Assembly: GCA_964629575.1 (NCBI GenBank)
Contig: CAZVUM010000011.1
Location: 75,299 to 87,586 of the forward strand
Length of the DNA: 12,288 bases
Source: an uncultured Acidimicrobiales bacterium
GTDB lineage: Bacteria > Actinomycetota > Acidimicrobiia > Acidimicrobiales > Poriferisodalaceae
Direction of reading: 5' to 3'
Of this stretch, positions 7,401-12,288 are shown in pieces (positions within the stretch are counted from its first letter, which is position 1; each line of letters opens with the position of its first letter). Made by a program: the position numbers and the translations under genes. The notes below the pieces were generated by a model that made no database searches, had not been told where the DNA came from, and saw only the letters and a program-made list of their open reading frames with translations.

Positions 7401-9384
7401 TTCGGACCACCGGATCGGCCACGTCGAGGCCCGAAACGACATCCGACACGACGTCGAGCTCGCGTCCGAGCTCGTCGAGCTCGGCGCCTACGTCTTGGGC
7501 CTGCACCGTCGTCTCGAGGCCAACCACCTCGCGCTCGTGGTCGGTCAGGCGCTGGTGGAACGGGTCGAACGATGAGTCCGCTGCGAGGTGTTCGACCGTT
7601 CGTTCGGCGAGGTCGGCGAACGTCGAGTCGAGATCGGCGTCCAACTCCTCGAGACGGGCCTCGTCGACATACCGCAGGTCGCGCAGCGTGACGAGGGTTC
7701 CGCGGTGCTCACGTAGCTGAGCCAGAAGTGACGTGTGGTCGTCCGACCGTTCGATCGTTCCACGCGACCTGGCATCCAGATCGCGAAGACGAGACGCCGC
7801 CTCGTCGACGCGAGTCGCGGCTGTTTCGCGGAGGGCTTTCACCTGAGCGAACTCGTCGAGGACGAGACCGGCAATCTCTCGAATATCGCGGACGACATCG
7901 GCGATGCGTCCCACCTCGGCATCGTCGAGCCAATGATGCGCGTCCATGGTGCGCGATGCCGCGGCGATCAGGTCCTCGAACGCCCGCTCCCCCTCGGCGC
8001 GGGACCGGGCGAGACGACCCACGGTCAGGGCATCGCTGATCCCGCGAACCAACTCGGCATTGCCGATCCGGGCCAGTGGGCCGGTGTCGACAGCGTGGGC
8101 GGCCTGGTGCTCGTCGGACACATACGGGGTTCGCCACACCTGCATCGGGTGAACGCGAGTCGGTTCGGCGTCCGTGTCTCGGAACACCACGAGGTGGCCA
8201 TCGTCGAACCGGCATACGCCGTGGCACTGGATGGGTGTGTGGACGTCCTTGCGCACCTGGTTGTACGACAGCAGGACGTAGCTGCCGACTTCGCGGTTGC
8301 TGAACGTGTAGAGCACGTCTTCGCCGTTGGGCGACCTGACCACCGACTCGAACTCCATGTCGGTGGTGTCCACGTCGAACGCCCGGTGCTCACCGTCTTG
8401 GAGGTGAAAGCCGCCGGGAAAGATGACCCCGTGGTCCTCGGGCAGCGTCTGACACGCGAGCGCGATGGCGTCGAGGCGGGTCACCGTGCTCGACCGTCGG
8501 TTGAACACGTAGGTGCGTTCGTGTGTCTCCCTGTAGGGCGTGATCCGCAAGAGGATGAGCGATCCGCGTACCGCATAGTCGACCATGCAGTCGGCCAGGC
8601 TCTGCTCGGCATCGTCGACCGGCTCGACGAGGATCACCGCTCCATCGGGCGTGTTGTCCTCCGCCCGGAGCTCCAGCGAGCCGCCCGTCGGATCGATGAA
8701 GACCTCGTCGATCACCGATATCGCGGGGTGCCGTCCACCGCGATGGTCGGCCCGGCCAGTGGGCGTCCATTCGAAATCGAACCGCGGCGGGAACCGGTAG
8801 TCGCGGTCCCCGCGCGAGTCGATGTACTCACAGTCGCCCTCGGGCGTGAGTCGCCACCGGAACACCCGCACGTCCTCGAGCGTCGCTCCGATCTGAAATG
8901 CAGCGAGCAGGCGCTCGCCGGTGTTGACCAGGTCGAGCAGCCGAGCCGCCTTGTAGTAACGGTAGAGATCGATGAACTCCTCTTCGAACCGCGGGTCGGC
9001 GAGGAAGTAGCCGGGGTCCTCCACCCCGACCTGGTGAAGATCGACGTCACCTCCGCCGGTGAGGGCGAGACGGTGAAGGGCGAACACGTCGGCGGGGCGG
9101 ATCGTCTCGCGCAACCCGATGAAGACGTTGTACCCGAAGAGAAGGAGCTCGCCGACCTGCACCACATCGCGGGGGACGCAGCTGTTCTCGGTGCGGATTC
9201 GGGCGCCGCCGACCAGTTCGATCGTGGTCGCGCCGAACTCGGCGACTCGGCGATTGTTGAGCTGGTGGGCCCGCGACGCGAGTTCGGTTGCGCTGGCGCT
9301 CAGCCGCTGCTGGAGCAGTTCGTAGGCTCCAGCGGCGATCTGCTCTCCGTTCCCGTCGTTGGCCTGCGTCGACGCGTCGCTCAT
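4489..9384 (-). CDS. Giant (1631 aa) multidomain protein with a single C-terminal AAA_5-type (MoxR/dynein/midasin/McrB-like) P-loop ATPase module. N-terminal about 480-aa domain and about 800 aa of helical/acidic linker are of unknown function. Proteins of this kind are often auto-annotated vaguely as 'DNA repair ATPase' or 'AAA family ATPase'.
   Basis: A continuous 4.9-kb ORF with high GC3. Walker A LLLISPPGYGKTTL is encoded at about 5521-5560. Walker B VLLYLDDIQH is at 5329-5355. A sensor-1-like AVVMAANPY...IPDMLANR is typical of AAA_5. The ATG at 9384..9382 overlaps the flotillin TGA (ATGA at 9381-9384). Stop TGA at 4491..4489. Confidence 0.9.
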   Translation of the reverse strand: MSDASTQANDGNGEQIAAGAYELLQQRLSASATELASRAHQLNNRRVAEFGATTIELVGGARIRTENSCVPRDVVQVGELLLFGYNVFIGLRETIRPADVFALHRLALTGGGDVDLHQVGVEDPGYFLADPRFEEEFIDLYRYYKAARLLDLVNTGERLLAAFQIGATLEDVRVFRWRLTPEGDCEYIDSRGDRDYRFPPRFDFEWTPTGRADHRGGRHPAISVIDEVFIDPTGGSLELRAEDNTPDGAVILVEPVDDAEQSLADCMVDYAVRGSLILLRITPYRETHERTYVFNRRSSTVTRLDAIALACQTLPEDHGVIFPGGFHLQDGEHRAFDVDTTDMEFESVVRSPNGEDVLYTFSNREVGSYVLLSYNQVRKDVHTPIQCHGVCRFDDGHLVVFRDTDAEPTRVHPMQVWRTPYVSDEHQAAHAVDTGPLARIGNAELVRGISDALTVGRLARSRAEGERAFEDLIAAASRTMDAHHWLDDAEVGRIADVVRDIREIAGLVLDEFAQVKALRETAATRVDEAASRLRDLDARSRGTIERSDDHTSLLAQLREHRGTLVTLRDLRYVDEARLEELDADLDSTFADLAERTVEHLAADSSFDPFHQRLTDHEREVVGLETTVQAQDVGAELDELGRELDVVSDVVSGLDVADPVVRTSILGRIGEVVGVANRVRALLERRRTELAEHEGRAEFGAEFSLVTQSVAGALAQSASPEAADEQLGRMLVALENLEGRFGAVAEFASQIHDKRDDVYDAFAARKQALVDGRLRTAERLDDAATRVLATVTRRAASFSEPTEVAAFFAGDPMIERLRSIVAELRELGEVVRADEILLRLSAAGEQAQRGLRDQLDIFEDGGDVIRFGAHRFSVNSQALEASLVPSGDGVDLLLVGTDYREPVVDPEFEKTRPYWNMRVSSESPDLSRAEYLAGTILLGAESDGSLADLSAAATDRLVDVVRAAIETRFAEGYERGVHDADAALILAAAVRTFSDAGLLRVLAAVRSAAQLFWAHGLSEAERRRIHATARAAAALRESLREDGGFDALSTTLVASVAEFCAGWDLAVDPDRVAGYLAMEVAEEVPTFATSTTSVEHLHAFRNWLSASGNESVFLDAQRSLGDDEAGWYRVVDGWVRGWLSAEGFLPDEAPEIAASIVADVERRPVEIDLAITVEGLLSDHDRIVEGRLVTRLDDLLDRVHTHAAEVQPGFAAYQAARHGLLTRERERLRLEEFVPNVMSGFVRNRLIDEVYLPLIGDNLAKQLGTVGGSRVDQSGVLLLISPPGYGKTTLMEYVADRLGLVFVKVNGPALGTEVTSLDPAEAPDATARQEVERINFAFEMGNNVLLYLDDIQHTNPELLQKFISLSDGQRRVEGVWNGRTRTYDLRGKRFAVVMAANPYTESGESFQIPDMLANRADTWNLGDVLSGREEQFALSYLQNALTSNAVLAPLAGRDPGDLLRFVDLARGEPVSPEELSHPYSAVEIDQITRVVGHLLRIQEAVLAVNLQYIASAATADDYRTEPPFRLQGSYRNMNRLAEKVVPVMSSEEVEDLLDDHYIGEAQTLAAGAEENTLKLRQLRGVLTEDERARWDQIVAAFAARREPDGPDPVASALGQLDSTLQGALESLLRRMD
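5100..5600 (-). other. AAA_5-type ATPase core of the giant protein (P-loop, Walker B, sensor-1 region)
   Basis: GYGKTT is encoded by 5521-5538 (minus). LLYLDDIQH is at 5329-5355. (V)VMAANP is around 5200-5230. Domain boundaries are approximate. Confidence 0.7.
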
Positions 9385-11426
9385 CGCAGGAGCTGGCCGA
9401 CCGGAACGTCACCCAACCCCGCACCCTGCGCCGCTTCGAGGATCTGGCCGAGCTGGCCGGCTCTCTCGCCGGAGCTAGCGGAGATCATGCGGCCGAGGAA
9501 CGCAGCGAGCGTCAGATCGCCGATCCCCGAAGCACCGAGGCCCGAAACAGCGTCGCCGATGTCGGCGACGAGATTCCGCTCGCCCTCCAGGTACGGACCC
9601 ATGACCGTGGACGTGGTCTCGGATCGCTCGACGAACTGGTCGACGGCCTTGCCCCCCGACACTGCGCTGACGATGCGGTCGACGAAGATGTCGCTGCCAC
9701 CGACGATGTCGATGTCGGCGTTGGAGAGACCCGACGAGATCGCCTCGGCCTGGGCTTGGGCGATACCGACGTTGGCGTCGACTTCAGCGAGGCGTACCTG
9801 GACATCTGCATCGAGACGCCTGCTGAATTCCTCGAACTCTTGACCGACGCCCTCGAGCTCTCGCATGGCATCGGCCTTCTCGGTGAGGCCAGACGCCTCG
9901 CCCTTGAGCTTCGCCTCGGTCGCCTCGGCTTCGGCCGTGCCCTTCTCGCGCACCACATTGGCTTCGGCGAGGCCCTGCTTTTCGGTGGCGAGGGCGTCGG
10001 CCTCCTTGACGTGCACCTCGGCCAGACCGAGCTTCTCGATGGCCAGCGCGTCGGCCTCCTTCACGTGCACCTCGGCCAGACCCTCTGCCGCAAACTCGGC
10101 CTTCGCGCCCTCGGCGAGCTTGATCTGGGCCTCCGAACGCAGGCCTGCCGACTCCAACTCGGCGTTGGCGATGGTCACCTCTTCCTTGGCCCGGTGGTTG
10201 GCGGCAGCTTCCGAGGCCTCCGCGGCCTTGATGTCCTTGACGAAGGACGCCTGAGCATCACCTTCGGCCTCGAGAACGACAGCGTCCTTCATCCGGCTGG
10301 CATCTTCGACCACCCGCAGCGTGGCGATCGCTTCCTCCTCGCGAGCGACGTCCTTCTCGACCGCGACCCGATCGCGCTGGAGCTCGGCGATCGCCGCCTT
10401 CTCCTCTTCGAGGGATCGCTCGGCAGCGGTGGTCTCGACCTCTCGGTTGACCACCTCGATCTGGCGAGCCTTCTCGACCTTCTCGGTCTCGACCGCCACG
10501 ACGCGCTCGCGGTTCTTCGCTGCCACATCGATCTCGCGCAGACGGTTCTCGTCGTCGATACCGATGGCGAGCTCCGCTGTGATCCTGGCCTGCTCTGCAC
10601 GCTGATGTTCTTCGGCCTCGACCTGCAGGGTCGCCGACGCCTCCCTGGCGCGCACCACCTCGATCTCGCGCTTTTGCCGCGCCTCGGCCTCGGCCTGCTG
10701 CCGTTCGAGTTCGAGCACCGCCTCTCGGGTCTCGACGTTCTTGCGAGTGAGCGCCTTGGTCTCCTCGTTCTGGGCCTCGTTGGTCGCCACGTGCTCGATC
10801 GCCGTGAGCTCGGTGATCTTCCTGATGCCCTCGGCATCGAGGATGTTGTTCTCGTCCAGTAGTTCAAGCGGTGTCTGCTCGAGATAGTCGATCGCAGCGT
10901 CCTCGAGCACGTACCCGTTGAGGTCGGTACCGATGATCTGCACGATCGCATCGCGGAAGCGGTTTCGCTCGGTGTACAGGTCGACGAAGTCGAACTGCTT
11001 GCCCGCAGTCTTGAGAGCCTCGCTGAACTTGGCGTTGAAGAGCTCCTCGAGCGTCACCTGGTCGCTCGCCCGCTCGGTCCCGATGGCCTGGGCCACCTTG
11101 ATGACGTCCTCGGCGGTCTTGTTGACCCGAACGAAGAAGCGCACGGCGATGTCGGCCCTGATGTTGTCCTGGCAGATCAACCCGTCCTGGCCTCGGCGGT
11201 CGATCTCGATCGTCTTGACCGAGATGTCCATGATCTCCGCCTTGTGAATCACGGGGATCACGACGCGGCCGGTGAAGGTCACCACCACGTCCTTCATGGT
11301 GCTGACGACGAGCGCTTTGCCCTGGGGCACCTTCCGGAAGAGGCGACTGACGAGGAGCGCGATGCTCAACAGCACCACCAGGACGATGCCCACCACCGTC
11401 GCGATCGCAATCAGAACGCTGTTCAT
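9381..11426 (-). CDS. Flotillin-family protein (SPFH/band-7 domain plus long EA-rich coiled coil; YqiK/FloT-like)
   Basis: N-terminal TM/hairpin MNSVLIAIATVVGIVLVVLLSIALLV. SPFH-type region (KALVVSTMKDVVVTF..., VKTIEIDRRGQDGLICQDNIRADIAVRFFVRV...). This is followed by about 350 aa of E/A/K/R-rich heptad-like repeats (EAEARQKREIEVVRAREA...), typical of flotillins. ATG at 11426..11424 overlaps the upstream NfeD TGA. Its own TGA overlaps the giant gene's ATG. Confidence 0.9.
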   Translation of the reverse strand: MNSVLIAIATVVGIVLVVLLSIALLVSRLFRKVPQGKALVVSTMKDVVVTFTGRVVIPVIHKAEIMDISVKTIEIDRRGQDGLICQDNIRADIAVRFFVRVNKTAEDVIKVAQAIGTERASDQVTLEELFNAKFSEALKTAGKQFDFVDLYTERNRFRDAIVQIIGTDLNGYVLEDAAIDYLEQTPLELLDENNILDAEGIRKITELTAIEHVATNEAQNEETKALTRKNVETREAVLELERQQAEAEARQKREIEVVRAREASATLQVEAEEHQRAEQARITAELAIGIDDENRLREIDVAAKNRERVVAVETEKVEKARQIEVVNREVETTAAERSLEEEKAAIAELQRDRVAVEKDVAREEEAIATLRVVEDASRMKDAVVLEAEGDAQASFVKDIKAAEASEAAANHRAKEEVTIANAELESAGLRSEAQIKLAEGAKAEFAAEGLAEVHVKEADALAIEKLGLAEVHVKEADALATEKQGLAEANVVREKGTAEAEATEAKLKGEASGLTEKADAMRELEGVGQEFEEFSRRLDADVQVRLAEVDANVGIAQAQAEAISSGLSNADIDIVGGSDIFVDRIVSAVSGGKAVDQFVERSETTSTVMGPYLEGERNLVADIGDAVSGLGASGIGDLTLAAFLGRMISASSGERAGQLGQILEAAQGAGLGDVPVGQLLR
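9994..10083. repeat. Tandem in-frame direct repeat (54-nt period, about 36-nt near-identical core, 2 copies) inside the flotillin coiled-coil region
   Basis: gcgtcggcctccttgacgtgcacctcggccagacc at 9994-10028 and gcgtcggcctccttcacgtgcacctcggccagacc at 10048-10082, with 1 mismatch. This encodes the duplicated peptide LAEVHVKEADALA(I/T)EK. Confidence 0.8.
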
Positions 11427-12067
11427 GTCTGCCCTTCTTCCCCACTCGGGGAGTTGTTGCTGTCAGCATCCGGCGGGGTGTCGTCGAACGACAGGTCGGC
11501 CGGAACGACCGTGTAGACCTCGTTGGAGTCGTCGTGGTCGACGACGATCACCTCGTCGCCGCGCCGGATGTCGACGCCGACCCGCGCCCGGCCTTCCACC
11601 AGCAGCACCGAGCCCTGGGCGTCGGTGAGCTCCACCTGGCCGTAGCGGTCATCGAGCCGCTCCGTGCGCACCCGCCCGATCGAGCCGATGAAAGCCGAGC
11701 GGGAATCGGCCTCGCTGGTCTCCATCATCCGCCCGAGAGGGCGAGCGAGCAGGACAGCGAACGTCGCGCCGACCGCGACGGACAACAGCAGGACGAGAAT
11801 CACCACCACGAGGGCGATCCCGTCACCGAAGACCGAGACGAAGATCACGCTCGTCAGCCATCCGCCGGCGCTCAGAAAGGTCAGCACCGCCGCCGGCGGA
11901 ACACCCCCCAGCTGCACGGCATCGAGCATGCCTTCGACCGGCCCGCCGAGATCGATCTCATCGCCGATCCCCAGCACCGCCATCAGCAGCCACCACCCGA
12001 GGCTGATCGCGAGCAGCACCGTGAACACGATCGTGGGGAAGGAAAAGATGATGTCGAAGAAGCTCAC
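11423..12067 (-). CDS. NfeD-like (YqiJ/YuaF-type) membrane protein with C-terminal OB-fold, the canonical flotillin operon partner
   Basis: Two hydrophobic blocks (FFDIIFSFPTIVFTVLLAISLGWWLLMAVLGIG; ALVVVILVLLLSVAVGATFAVLLA). The C-terminal motif GSIGRVRTERLDDRYGQVELTDAQGSVLLVEGRARVGVDIRRGDEVIVVD matches the NfeD OB-fold beta-barrel pattern. The gene lies directly upstream of the flotillin with an ATGA overlap. The start codon (GTG at 12067) is uncertain. Confidence 0.75.
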   Translation of the reverse strand: MSFFDIIFSFPTIVFTVLLAISLGWWLLMAVLGIGDEIDLGGPVEGMLDAVQLGGVPPAAVLTFLSAGGWLTSVIFVSVFGDGIALVVVILVLLLSVAVGATFAVLLARPLGRMMETSEADSRSAFIGSIGRVRTERLDDRYGQVELTDAQGSVLLVEGRARVGVDIRRGDEVIVVDHDDSNEVYTVVPADLSFDDTPPDADSNNSPSGEEGQT

Positions 12068-12288
12068 GCCTCACCGCCCAGCCCGCTCGCGAACACGGCC
12101 GGCTCAGTCCGACCGGACCGCATTCTGTCATCACCCGGCCACGTCACCGGCCACACACTCATCACCCCATCTCGGCCCACCCACGGGCCTCCACTCGAAG
12201 ATGACAACGAGATGACGATCGAGAAGGTTCCCTGTTGTCGCTGCGGGCTCGCTTCGGCCCCAGGCGGCCTCCAAAGGGGCCTCTCGCT
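12068..12288 (-). promoter_or_regulatory. Upstream non-coding leader/promoter region of the nfeD–flotillin–giant-ATPase operon, containing short direct repeats (TCATCACCC x2 flanking GTCACCGGCC)
   Basis: No convincing ORF on the operon strand. tcatcaccc occurs at 12128-12136 and 12159-12167, with cacccggcc/caccggcc variants between. A GC hairpin ggcccc(N14)ggggcc lies near 12254-12279. No confident -35/-10 assignment is possible by eye. Confidence 0.3.

Noticed and set aside
5329-7575. 748-aa plus-strand ORF
   Set aside because: It lies entirely antisense to the giant minus-strand gene, which carries unmistakable Walker A/B motifs. The product is Arg/Gly/Pro-rich low-complexity sequence, typical of reverse-strand translation of GC-rich coding DNA.
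7735-9843. 702-aa plus-strand ORF
   Set aside because: It is antisense to the giant gene and to the flotillin 3' end and has no motifs. It is the usual long stop-free reverse frame seen in high-GC genes.
9994-10083. Tandem repeat as a possible CRISPR-like array
   Set aside because: There are only two units, it is in-frame inside a coding coiled coil, and there are no spacers or cas genes.
9288-10862. 524-aa plus-strand ORF
   Set aside because: It is antisense to the flotillin coiled-coil region. Its own repetitive Leu/Gly/Asp composition mirrors the EA-rich repeats on the true strand.

Overview
This is a high-GC (roughly 68-70%) window that looks actinobacterial. It is densely coding, with no rRNA, tRNA, CRISPR or obvious mobile element.

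Plus strand, left part:
- An LLM-class (luciferase-like, probably F420-dependent) oxidoreductase at 44..1057. Its stop sits 3 nt before the GTG of the next gene.
- An HMG-CoA-lyase-family (HMGL-like) enzyme at 1061..1975.
- A short intergenic region with a perfect 9-bp inverted repeat.
- A homology-less predicted multi-pass membrane protein at about 2098..2910. It converges on, and overlaps by about 52 nt, the next gene.

Minus strand, rest of the window, in transcription order:
- An NfeD-like membrane/OB-fold protein at 11423..12067.
- A long flotillin (SPFH/band-7 domain plus an extended EA-rich coiled coil) at 9381..11426.
- A 1631-aa giant protein at 4489..9384 with one C-terminal AAA_5-type (MoxR/dynein/midasin/McrB-like) P-loop ATPase module. 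The module is preceded by about 1250 aa of unassigned N-terminal and long helical regions.
- These three genes are joined by two successive ATGA stop/start overlaps, so they form one tightly coupled operon.
- After a roughly 50-bp gap come a small PNPOx-like split-barrel protein (4060..4437) and a family-III CoA-transferase (2859..4058), joined by a TGAcGTG junction.

The most interesting object is the nfeD–flotillin–giant-AAA+ cassette. It looks like a candidate flotillin-scaffolded ATP-driven machine of unknown function.

The many long plus-strand ORFs opposite the giant gene and the flotillin are antisense artefacts of GC-rich coding DNA.
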